Source: an uncultured Actinomycetes bacterium | Lineage (GTDB): Bacteria > Actinomycetota > UBA4738 > HRBIN12 | DNA length: 64,000 nt | NCBI GenBank assembly: GCA_963777495.1 | Contig: CAVZQM010000004.1 | Coordinates: 426,715-490,714 of the forward strand | Direction: 5' to 3' | Shown: piece after piece, positions 38,526-48,031 of the stretch | Position numbering within the stretch: the stretch's first letter is position 1 | How the letters are laid out: the number at the start of each line of letters is the position of its first letter | The notes under the pieces: generated by a model | The model's input: the letters and a program-made list of their open reading frames with translations, nothing else | Database searches by the model: none | Told to the model about the DNA's origin: nothing | Translations under genes and position numbers: made by a program

Positions 38526-40103
38526 TCACGTCACCTGCACGACCACCGTGTGGTAACCGGTGGCGCCGTCGGGGAAGGGGGGCGCGTTCGCCTCGGTCTG
38601 CAGCATCATCGTCTGGTCGGTCGCGCGGACCTGGAGCTCGTGTTGACCCGGCGTCGCATCCCACATGACGAGCCATTGCCGCCAGGTGTCGACCGTGTCC
38701 TGGGTCGACAGCTCCGCGGGCATCCACGGCCCGCCGTCGACGCGGAGTTCCACCGACTCGATCCCTCGATGCTGCGCCCACGCCACACCGGCGACCGGGA
38801 TCCTCCCCGCGGGGACGCGGCTTCCCCGCGGCGTGTCGATCCGCGACTGGGTCTTGATCGGCGCCTGCTCCGCCCACCCCCGTCGGATCCAATAGGCATC
38901 GAACGCGTCGAACGTCGTCAGTTCGAGCTCCACGATCCACTTCGTCGCCGAGACGTAGCCGTACAGCCCGGGAACGACCATCCGCACAGGGAACCCGTGA
39001 TCGAGCGGGCAGCGGTTCGCCGTTCATCGCGATCGCGAGCATCGCGTCGCGCCCGTCCATCACGACCCCCGTCGGGCTCCCGGCCGTGAAGCCGTCGACG
39101 GAGCGGGACACCAGCTGGTCGGCCGCGGGGTCGACGCCCGCCTCGTCCAGCAGGTCCTTCAGCGGAGCCCCCAGCCAGCGGGCGTTGCCCACGTACGCGC
39201 CCGCCGACCTCGTTGGACACACACGTGAGCGTGATGTCGCGTTCGATCAACGGACGTGCCATCAGCTGATCGAACGTCACGGTCAGTTCGCGTTCGACCA
39301 TGCCATGGATACGGAGCTGCCACTCTTCAGCCTTCACCGCCGGGACGAGCAGCGCCGTGTCCACGCGGTAGAAGGTCTCGTTCGGCGTGATGAACGGCGA
39401 GAGTCCCGGCACGCCGAGGTCGACGCCGGCCGTCGGCCCGGGAGGCCCGGCGGGCGAAGGAAGGTGGACCGCCGCACGCGATGCATCGGCCTCGAAGCGA
39501 CGACCGAACAGCTTGCCCGCGCCCCCCGCCGCGATGGCCGCCACCACGCCCGCCGCCCCGGTCATGAAGAACCGCCGCCGGTCGATCCCCGCGGGGTCGA
39601 CGGCTCCGGTGGGTCCTCGGGGAACGAGGAAGCCAGGACGCGCAGGAACACCGAGAGCATCAGCGCCCCGGCCAGCCCGCCGACCACGGACGGGATCGCG
39701 TCGATCGGATCGGCGGTGGGGCGCGTGAGGGCGGCCGTCACGCCGATCAGGGCGAAGACGGCGAGGCCAACGTAGCCGACCCACGGCCGCCGCAACGCGA
39801 CGACGCCGATCGATGCGGCGACCACCGCGAGCACGACGCCGATCCCGGCCAAGAGCACCGTCTTGTCGTTCGCGCCGAACGTCCTGATGGCGAAGCTCTT
39901 GAGCCACTCGGGCGTCGCGTCGATCGCGGCCCCGCCGACGGCGATGATCGGGGACGCGTCGGGATCGACGATCCCGGCCACCAGCTGCGCCACGCCGACC
40001 GCGACCGCCCCGCAGACCAACCCCACCACGATCCCCGGTCCGATCTGGTGAGCGGGCGTGGGGGCGACGGTGCGTCCGTGGGCGGAGCGAGCGTCTCGGC
40101 CAT
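38526..40103 (-). pseudogene. Membrane-anchored molybdopterin-dependent (sulfite-oxidase-family) oxidoreductase, at least 4 frameshifts
   Basis: N-terminal TM domain, then the Tat-like motif DRRRFFMTGAAG. The Moco domain follows (FITPNETFYRVDT...WQLRIHGMV...LTCVSNEVGG/AYVGNARWLGAPLKDLL...AIAMNGEPLP/LDHGFPVRMVVPGLYGYVSATKWIVELEL) and then the dimerisation domain. The pieces lie in 5 frame segments; one break at about 39008 is an extra C. Confidence 0.8.
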
Positions 40104-40374
40104 GGTCCCAGGATGCCGCACGGATGTTGCCGGACCCTTACGGTCCGCTTTCGCCGCGATACCGACGCTTCAGCCGGCCCCACTCGGGCAGGAGCGTCGA
40201 GGTCGCTCGGCTGGACACCGGCATCTCGGTGCCGGTCACGGCGCCAAGAGCCTAGCCGCTCGCCTCTGCCCGGGAGCTCCTGACGGCAGGGTGCGTTGAC
40301 GGTCGCGCGACCACGCCCGAGACTCGGGGCCAGACGGGACCGGATGCTCCGGTCCGCGTCGAGCTGGGGGATCG

Positions 40375-43103
40375 TTGGGTCGACGGTCGATCGTGCTGGT
40401 GTGCTGCGCCCTGGCGATGGCTTCGATGGCGGCAGCACCCGTGGAACACGCGGCGACACCCCCCGGACAGCGACGGCGTCCGTCGCCCGGGCAACCGCTC
40501 CGCGCCCGAACATCCTGCTGCTGGTGAGCGACGACCAGGCGTGGTCCACGTTCTCCCGCGACCTGATGCCGAGCACGTACCGCGAGCTCGTGGACCAGGG
40601 TCTGTTGTTCAGACGCGCGTACGTCAACACGCCGCTCTGCTGTCCCTCCCGCGCGCAGATCCTGACGGGTCTCTTCGAGCACCACACCGGCGTCGACGCG
40701 AACCCGGTGCCACTGGAACGACCCACGATCGTCGAGGCGCTCCACGACGTCGGATACCGGACGATGCTCGCGGGCAAGTACCTCAATAGCTGGGACACGT
40801 GCGGCCCGCGGCCCGAGTTCGATCGCTGGGCATGCGTCGGAGCTCCCCTCCCCTCGACGTACTCCTTGCTCAACCCGTGGATCAACGAGGACGGTGAGTG
40901 GCAGCGGCGCAACGGCTATCAGACCGACATCCTGGCGGAGGACGTCGTCGAGTTCATCGATGCCACCCCCGCCGACCGGCCGTTCTTCGCGATGTACGCG
41001 CCGACGTCTCCGCACCTGCCGGCGGACGACCCTCGGTACGAGGCCATCGACGTGTCGCCTCCGCACGGCGCATCGTTCGACCAGAACACCCTGACCTCGC
41101 TGAGTCCGCTGTACGCGCGCCGCGCGCCGTTGTCGGACAAGGAGATCCACGACGCCGACGAGCGGTTCCGCAGGATGTCGCGCGCGGTTCGATCGCTCGA
41201 CGACGGGATCGGCCGGATCCTCGATGCGCTGGGCGACCGCTCCCAGGACACCATCGTGATCTACCTGTCGGACAACGGGTTCCTCTTCGGTGAGCATCGA
41301 CGGTTCGGCAAGACCGATGCCTACGAGGAGTCCGTCCGCGTGCCGATGGTCGTGCGCTATCCGGCGCTCCTCGGGCCCGATGAGGCCTCGGCGACGCGGG
41401 CACTGGTCTCGAACATCGACATCGCCCCGTCCCTCGCCGCGCTGGCCGGGTTCCCATGGAACGCCGACGGCCGGTCGCTCGTCCCGCTCATGGATGGATC
41501 GGCTGGCAGCGTCCGCTCCGCGATGTTGATCGAGCACTGCCAAGGCGTGACGCAGGGAACCCCCGCCTGCTCCGGCCTGTCGTTCTACGCGCACCAGACC
41601 CGGGCGGGCGCGTACCGAGGCGTCGTGACGACGCGGTACAAATATGTGCGGTACGACGACGGCAGCCGTGAGCTGTTCGACCTGCAGGAAGACCCCGGCG
41701 AGGTGCAGAACCTCATCGGCGCGCCCGGCACGGCAGGGATCACGGCGTCGCTCCGCTCCAAGCTCGCGGCACTGGGTGGGCCGGTCATCGACACCACGAT
41801 CGCGACCGGCCCGTGGCCGGTCCTCGAAGGCCCTTCCCGGTCGGTCGCGTTCACGTTCTTCTCGCCATCGCGCTTCTCGACGTACCGATGCCGGCTGACC
41901 CACAACGGGGCCGCGGCGAACTGGCACGCATGCGACGGGCAGTTCGACGCGATGGGCAACCTGCCGGACGGCCAGTACACGTTCGAGGTGACCGGCACGG
42001 ATGAGCGGGGCAACGAGGATCCCACGCCGGCGGCACGCAGTTTCACGATCGCCTCGACCGGACCATCGGTCTCGATCGGTGAGCATCCGCCCGCCGCGCA
42101 GACCGGCGGCGATCTCGCCTTCACCTTCTCGAGCCCGATCTCGAGCTCCGCCTTCGAATGTCGGCTGTCGCCCGCGGTCGGACGCCGGGCCGGATGGGAG
42201 GAGTGCTCGGGGTCGGCCGGTTACGCCGGCGTCGCAGAGGGCACGTGGAACTTCGAGGTGCGGGCCAAGGCACCCGGAACGAACACCTGGACCGCTCCGC
42301 CTGCCGGCTGGCTCGTTCGGATCGATCGATCGGGGCCGCGCTTCCTGCTCGCGGAGGGACCGGGCGACGTCACCTCGTCGCGCGAGGCCGCGTTCCGCTT
42401 CGTCGCCACGGAGAACCTCCGGGGGGCGATCGGTTGCCGACTGGACCATCGCGGATCGACGGACTGCAGCGACGGAACGTTCTCGACTTCGGGCCTGCGG
42501 AAGGGCGAGCACACGCTGCGCGTGGTCGCGCCCGATGCGCTGGGGAACGTGGGCATCACGATCTTCGCCTGGACGATCGACTTCGGTCCGCCGAGGGTGC
42601 GCATCGCCCGTGGCCCGGACCGGTACACCCAGATCGCCGAGGCGTCCTTCCGGATGTGGTCGAAGGTCGATCCCTCGCTGTTCATCTGCAAGATCGATGG
42701 GCTGCCGGAGATGCCGTGCGACGACACCCTGTCGCTCGGACCGGTCGACGAAGGTTCGCACACGCTGACCGTGTGGGGCTTGGACGCGGCCTACAACCGG
42801 GCCCAGCCGGTGGTGTACCCGTGGACGGTGGACACGATCCCACCCGGTCTCCTGCTCACGGGTTCACCCGAGCAGGGAGCGGTGACCACCGCCACGACCG
42901 CGGCGTTCGATATCTGGAAGAGCGAGCCCGGGTCGGTGTGGTGCTCGCTCGACGGGGCGGAGTTCATCCCGTGTACGACACCCGCCGTGTACCAAGGACT
43001 CGCGCCCGGACCACACACGTTCCAGGTGTACCTGGAGGATCGGGCCGGGAACCTGTCGATCACGGCGGGCCGAACGTGGACGGTCGCCCCGCTTATCCCC
43101 TGA
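40375..43103 (+). pseudogene. Type I sulfatase fused to seven Ig-like repeats; body intact, signal peptide out of frame at a C6 tract
   Basis: A 935-aa ORF contains PNILLLVSDDQAWSTF...LCCPSRAQILTG and repeats of A.F.F....F.C.LD....W..C.....GL.dG.HTF.V.A.D..GN.D.TPA. The signal peptide (TTG 40375: MGRRSIVLVCCALAMASMAAAPVEHAATPP) is in another frame. Adding one C to the run at 40459-40464 joins the two frames. Confidence 0.85.
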
Positions 43104-43143
43104 ATCTCCGAGCCGTGTCAGACCCCGGGTCTAGGGTGACGGC

Positions 43144-43392
43144 ATGGGTCAGTTGATCTCCCTCGATGCCTACCGCGCCCGGCGCCAACCGCCGAGCGCC
43201 GTGGACCGGCTGGACGTGGCGGTCAGCCGGCTGGATCCCCTGGTCAGGAACTCGCCCGATCGGGTCCAGGCCGGGGTCGAGCGCGAGCTCCGTCGCATCG
43301 CCCACGAGGTCGCCGCCGGAGATCCGGACCGTGCCGCCGAGCGCGCCGAGCGCCTCGCCGACCGGTTGGAGCACCCCGCCGCCCACGGGTAG
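43144..43392 (+). CDS. Hypothetical small protein (82 aa)
   Basis: Intact ORF in an otherwise empty gap, acidic/basic and helical in character. I recognise no motif. Confidence 0.35.
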   Translation: MGQLISLDAYRARRQPPSAVDRLDVAVSRLDPLVRNSPDRVQAGVERELRRIAHEVAAGDPDRAAERAERLADRLEHPAAHG

Positions 43393-43471
43393 GCCGCTGC
43401 GCGTGTGCCTCGCGAGCGGCGCCCTCGCCGCCTAGACTCGGCCGAGCCGAGAGGAACCGAGGGAGTGGTCG

Positions 43472-44701
43472 TTGCAGCGTCGGGCGTTGATCGCGGGGTT
43501 CACCGCGTTCGTCGCCGTGCTCGTCTCCGGTTCGGTGCTCGTCATGCTGCTCGATCGCATCGATGCGGAGGAGGCTGCCGCCTCGCCGTCCCCGTCGGCC
43601 TCGGGCAGCCCCACCTCGCCGTCCCCCGAGCCCGGTCCCGCGGTCGACGCGTACCTCGCGTGGGTCCCTGACGGGCTGCCTCCCGGCTACGGCGCCGCGG
43701 TCGCCGGGCTCGCCACGGTCGGCAAGATCGCCGTCGTCGCCTCCGACACCGTCTGGATGACGAGCTCGTCGGACGCGGACGGGAACCTGGTCGACGAGCC
43801 TCCATCTCCCTTCATGATCCCGATCGACGCCGCGGCGATCGACCCTCTGCCCTACGCTCGGTTCCTGCCGCCCGAGACCCGCTCGATCGTGGCGAACCTC
43901 CTGGATGGACAAGCGATCTTGGGGCAGACGTCCGCGCGGCTCCGCGGGCTGGACCCCGGCGGGGTGATGCGGTTCCAGAACGGGACGAGCGTGACCGTGG
44001 TGGGCGTCTTGCCCGACGTGTTCGTGGGGGCCGCCGAGCTCGTGGTCAACCGGGCCACGGGAAGCACGATCGGCGTCACGCAGAACCGGTACCTGTTGTT
44101 CCAGCCGACCGCGGGACTCCAGCCGACCGAGCAGCAGTACGAGAAGCGGTTGCGTGCCGTGTTGCCGCCCGGACTGGCCTACCCCGTGGTGCAGGTGCGC
44201 GCGCCGGGAGAGGCGGCGTTCCTGCGCGCGGACGACGAGTCGCTGCCTCCCGCGTTGATCAAACGGCGGTTCGGCGAGTGGTCCGGGCTGCCGCAAGCCG
44301 GCGATACCGGCGTCATCGAGATCGACCCCACCTGGATCCAGGAGCACATCGTCACGGTGACCATCCCCGTGCTGGGTCGCGTGTCGTGCAACAAGAAGTT
44401 CCTGCCGCCGCTCCGCGGCGCCATGAAGGACGTGGTAGCCGAAGGGCTCGAGGCCACGATCCACTCGTTCGACGGCTGCTTCCTCGCCCAGTTCGACGTG
44501 TCGTCGCCGTGGGCTCCGATCGCGCACGAGGCGTGGGGGGCGGCGGTGGACGTGAACGCCGACACGAACCGGTTCGGCTCACCACCCGTGCAGGACCCGG
44601 GGCTGGTGTCGATCATGGAACGCTGGGGCCTGGCGTGGGGTGGCGACCTGATCGTGCCCGACGGCCAGCACTTCGAGTACGTGAGCCGACCGAGCCCATA
44701 G
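43472..44701 (+). CDS. Paralog of the membrane-anchored M15-family peptidase (variant metal-site motif)
   Basis: Colinear with 32650-33867 over the whole length (FLAWVPGGLPPG..., VGAAELVV, VQVRAPGE, VPDGQHFEY). The SxHxxGxAxD motif reads AHEAWGAAVD here. Confidence 0.8.
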   Translation: MQRRALIAGFTAFVAVLVSGSVLVMLLDRIDAEEAAASPSPSASGSPTSPSPEPGPAVDAYLAWVPDGLPPGYGAAVAGLATVGKIAVVASDTVWMTSSSDADGNLVDEPPSPFMIPIDAAAIDPLPYARFLPPETRSIVANLLDGQAILGQTSARLRGLDPGGVMRFQNGTSVTVVGVLPDVFVGAAELVVNRATGSTIGVTQNRYLLFQPTAGLQPTEQQYEKRLRAVLPPGLAYPVVQVRAPGEAAFLRADDESLPPALIKRRFGEWSGLPQAGDTGVIEIDPTWIQEHIVTVTIPVLGRVSCNKKFLPPLRGAMKDVVAEGLEATIHSFDGCFLAQFDVSSPWAPIAHEAWGAAVDVNADTNRFGSPPVQDPGLVSIMERWGLAWGGDLIVPDGQHFEYVSRPSP

Positions 44702-44897
44702 TCGGGGGGAGCAGGTATCAGGCGCATGTCTACGTGCTCGGGAGCCGGGCGGCTACGCGCCCCCGGGTCCTGAGCATGCCTCCCGCGGCGTGACTCGCGC
44801 GTGGGTTCTGCTCCCCCCGGGGCCTCCGAGGAGACCCGTCCTCGACGCTACACCTCGTTGCCGAGACCCGCAACGCGCGAGGCCGCGAGCGGGACGC

Positions 44898-45710
44898 TCA
44901 GGCGGCGCGGCGGCGACCGGCTCCCCGCGACCGGAGCACGACCCACACCAGGACGGCCGCGACCGCCACGCCGCCCACCGCCGCCAGGATCGAGGGCTTG
45001 GGGGTGGGCACCACGGACGCGAGCCGCGATCGGAGACGCACCGGCTGGCGGAAGTCCCGGATCTGCCAGTCGCGTTCCTCGGCGATCTTTCGGAGGTCCT
45101 TGTCGGGATTGACCGCGATGGGCTGACCCACGGACTCGAGCATCGGCAGGTCGGTGATGGAGTCGCTGTACGCGAACGACTTCGAGAGGTCGATGCCCAC
45201 GCGCGACGCGATCTTCCTGATGGCCTCGGCCTTCTGTTCGCCGTACGCGTAGAACTCCAGACCACCCGTGTACCGGCCGTCGTCGCCGACCTCGGCACGG
45301 GTCGCGATCACGCCGCTGACGCCGAAGTGCCGGGCGAGCGGGCGAACGATCTCCTCGGGCGACGACGAGACGATGTAGATGCGCCGCCCCTCGCTCCGAT
45401 GGAGGTCCATGAGGTCCAGTGCCTCTTGGTAGACGTACGGGTCGATCACGTCGAGCAGGACGTCCTGCACCAGGTGCTCGATCTGCGAGCGGTCCCACCC
45501 TTTGGTGAGGGCCAGCATGCCTTCCTTCAGCCGCTCCATCTTGTTCTCGTCCGCCCCCACCAACAGGTAGACGAGCTGCGCGTACGCGCCGCGCAGGAGT
45601 TGGCCGCGCGACACCATGCCGGCGCGGTACAGCGGCCGGGAGAGCGCGAGCGACGACGACCGCGAGATGATCGTCTTGTCCAGGTCGAAGAACGCCGCTT
45701 CCATGGTCAA
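44898..45710 (-). CDS. HAD-IB family hydrolase (SerB-like) with C-terminal TM segment
   Basis: Sequence FFDLDKTII (motif I), ...IVSSSPEEIV..., ...AYSDSITDLPMLE.. (motif IV), with the tail AAVGGVAVAAVLVWVVL. Confidence 0.85.
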   Translation of the reverse strand: MTMEAAFFDLDKTIISRSSSLALSRPLYRAGMVSRGQLLRGAYAQLVYLLVGADENKMERLKEGMLALTKGWDRSQIEHLVQDVLLDVIDPYVYQEALDLMDLHRSEGRRIYIVSSSPEEIVRPLARHFGVSGVIATRAEVGDDGRYTGGLEFYAYGEQKAEAIRKIASRVGIDLSKSFAYSDSITDLPMLESVGQPIAVNPDKDLRKIAEERDWQIRDFRQPVRLRSRLASVVPTPKPSILAAVGGVAVAAVLVWVVLRSRGAGRRRAA

Positions 45711-45778
45711 CGCATCCTATCCGCGGTCTCCGACACCGCACGTCTGGTGATCCGTGTGTTCATCGACCATTGCGCTCC

Positions 45779-46327
45779 CTATCGGCGGATCCGACCGATG
45801 TCGCCGCGGAAGCCTTTGATCCACGTGAGCTCGGCCTTCGCCAGCGACTCCTGTCGTTGGAGCATCGACGTGGAGACCGTCCGCCCCGGTCCCTTGTCGG
45901 CGGTGATGCGCGCACGCTCCGTCCTGATCGCGTCGAGCAGGTCGCGGATCGCGACCTCGCGCGCGTCCACCGCCTTGCGCGCGTCGGTCGCGGAGAGCAG
46001 ATGGACGAACCCCAGAGCCAGGCCGCCGTCCGTCTCGTACGGTTCCAGCGCCCCGGCGTGTTCCACGAGGCCGCGCGTCAACCGCTCGCGGCCCGCCTTC
46101 GTGATCCGGTACACGCGGCGATCGGGCCCCTCCGGTCCGTCTTGCGAGCGCCCCGTGATCAGTCCGTCGCGCTCCAACCGGCGAAGCACCTGATAGACGG
46201 ACGCCTTGCCGATCTCGACCCAGAACCCCATCGATCGCGCGCGGAACCGCTCGAGCAGGTCGTATCCGTACAGCGGCTCCTCCGACAGGAGCCCCAGCAC
46301 CACGACCTCCACCTTCGACGTCCCCAC
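45779..46327 (-). CDS. PadR-family transcriptional regulator
   Basis: Sequence VVVLGLLSEEPLYGYDLLERF......ASVYQVLRRLERDGLI......RRVYRITKAGRERL. A GTG start follows GGAAGGGAG. Confidence 0.8.
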   Translation of the reverse strand: MGTSKVEVVVLGLLSEEPLYGYDLLERFRARSMGFWVEIGKASVYQVLRRLERDGLITGRSQDGPEGPDRRVYRITKAGRERLTRGLVEHAGALEPYETDGGLALGFVHLLSATDARKAVDAREVAIRDLLDAIRTERARITADKGPGRTVSTSMLQRQESLAKAELTWIKGFRGDIGRIRR

Positions 46328-46459
46328 GCAACGGCTCCCTTCCTGACGAGGCGGCCACCGATCCACGGCACCCACTGGTCCGTCACGGACCAGTGGCACT
46401 CTAGTCCATAACGGACTAGAGCGCCACGAAGCTCGCGATGGAGTGCGTGCGGTGCACCC

Positions 46460-46861
46460 CTAGATCGATACGCGGCCGACGCAGGTCTCGCCGGTCGACG
46501 GGTTCGTCGCGCGTGCCACGAACCGGTCGGTTCCCGCCAGGTCGTTCGGGTGACGCTCGACCTCGAACGAGCCGCTCTGCCCGTGCGTGGTCCGCGTGCC
46601 CTGGAAGATACGCGCGCCGTTCTGCTTGATGCGGACGTTCCAGTTCTGCCCGTTCACGTTGGAGTCGACCTCGAACTCCACCTCCAGGCCGCCGTCGTCC
46701 GGCTTGGCCTTCAGCTTCCAGTCGGTCCGGCCGCTGCAAGGGCCTCGGGTGATCACTTCACCGTCGTTCCCGCCTCCACCGCCGGCCATCGCCGCGGGCG
46801 CCGTGGTCAGCAGCGAGATGCCCACCAGCGCGGCCACCAGGATCGTGCGTCGTTCCTTCAT
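46460..46861 (-). CDS. Small secreted protein (hypothetical)
   Basis: Signal peptide MKERRTILVAALVGISLLTTAPAAMA followed by a Gly-rich linker and a beta-rich body. I cannot assign a family. Confidence 0.5.
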   Translation of the reverse strand: MKERRTILVAALVGISLLTTAPAAMAGGGGGNDGEVITRGPCSGRTDWKLKAKPDDGGLEVEFEVDSNVNGQNWNVRIKQNGARIFQGTRTTHGQSGSFEVERHPNDLAGTDRFVARATNPSTGETCVGRVSI

Positions 46862-47030
46862 CGTGACTCCCCCTCATCTTCGGCGCGTCGGCTCTCGTCG
46901 CGCTCAGGTACTACGCACAGCATGCGGACGTTGCCCTCAGGGCCAGGGCAAGCTCGAGTAAAGAGACCGGTAAGGGGTTGAGACCGCGGAGAAAGCGTCA
47001 TCCGTGGGGCACCCGGGTACGCTGCTCGGC

Positions 47031-47125
47031 GGAGGCGTCAGGGTTCCTGGTGGGCCCCGCGGTCTTCAACACCGTTGTGGGGGCGCAAGCTCCCAGGCGG
47101 GTTCGATTCCCGTCCGCCTCCGCCA
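47031..47125 (+). tRNA. selC: tRNA-Sec (anticodon TCA), 95 nt with encoded CCA
   Basis: Hand-folded structure. Acceptor GGAGGCG pairs with CGCCTCC, followed by discriminator G and CCA. The anticodon loop is CTTCAAC with TCA at 47066-47068, on a 5-bp stem. The long variable arm has a 7-bp stem closed by a GCAA tetraloop (47078-47095). The T-arm is GCGGG TTCGATT CCCGT. Confidence 0.85.
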
Positions 47126-47223
47126 ACGTGTCTGCATATCGCCGCGACGAGCACCTCGAGGCTGTTTGCGGTGACGATGGAGCCAGCGGTACGCTCCATG
47201 CCCCCCGAAGATGGAGGAACCGG

Positions 47224-47940
47224 ATGCCCGACCTTGGGCTTGGCAACATCCACGGCAGCGCTCTGGGCGAACGAGGCGTCTCCAAACGCTTGGATGCCCT
47301 TGCGGATCTGGCACCACTCAAAGGCGACAGGCTGTTGGATGTGGGATGTGCGGCTGGTGAGTACACGAGAGTGTTGGCGGAAGGGTTCGATGCGACGGAC
47401 GCCATCGACATCGAGCCCGAGCGGTTGGCGGTGTTCTCTCAGGCCCTCACCCACTCGGCGATCGCCGACCGGATCCATGTCCTGAACATGTCCGCCGAGC
47501 AGCTGACGTTTCGGGACGGGGCGTTCGATGTCGTCACGGCCATCGAGACGCTAGAGCATGTCGTCGATCTCGACGCGGCGCTCGATGAGATGCGGAGGGT
47601 GCTGAAGCCGGGAGGGTACCTCCTGGTAACGGGACCCAACCGCTACTTCCCCCTGGAGACTCACGGATGGCTGTGGAAGGGTAAGCGCCACTCGCCAGCC
47701 TCGTTCCCGTTCCTGCCTTGGCTCCGTCCTGTGCATCGCAAGCTCGCAGACGCTCGCAGCTTCACGGTCCATTCGCTCCGTGAGCGGGTGGAGCCTCATG
47801 GCTTTCAGTTGATCGGCTCGTCGTACTTGATGCCGCCGTTCGACCGAAAGCTCAAAGCTCTACGGGCGCTCGACAAGTTGGAGCGCTCACCACTGCGATT
47901 CTTCGGGCTCACGCTGGTGATGGGCTTCCGAGCCGTCTGA
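47224..47940 (+). CDS. Class I SAM-dependent methyltransferase
   Basis: Motif I LLDVGCAAGEY, ...VVTAIETLEHVVD..., and post-II LKPGGYLLVTGPN. GC content is visibly lower than in flanking genes. The annotated ORF start at 46978 would run through the tRNA, so I chose the internal ATG. Confidence 0.8.
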   Translation: MPDLGLGNIHGSALGERGVSKRLDALADLAPLKGDRLLDVGCAAGEYTRVLAEGFDATDAIDIEPERLAVFSQALTHSAIADRIHVLNMSAEQLTFRDGAFDVVTAIETLEHVVDLDAALDEMRRVLKPGGYLLVTGPNRYFPLETHGWLWKGKRHSPASFPFLPWLRPVHRKLADARSFTVHSLRERVEPHGFQLIGSSYLMPPFDRKLKALRALDKLERSPLRFFGLTLVMGFRAV

Positions 47941-48031
47941 CGCACTCCCGAGCAACGGCTGGACGCCACCACCGAGGTCCCAGATCGAGTCTCGCCGTGC
48001 GCTGAGGATGCGCCTTCGGTCGACCTAATCG

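Noticed and set aside
40296-40374. ATG at 40296 as the sulfatase-2 start (MTVARPRPRLGARRDRMLRS...).
   Set aside because: There is no signal peptide in this frame, whereas a textbook signal peptide exists in the neighbouring frame from TTG 40375. The upstream extension is probably fortuitous open frame.
46978-47223. N-terminal 82 codons of track ORF 46978..47940.
   Set aside because: This stretch runs straight through the tRNA-Sec gene. The methyltransferase domain begins after the internal ATG at 47224.
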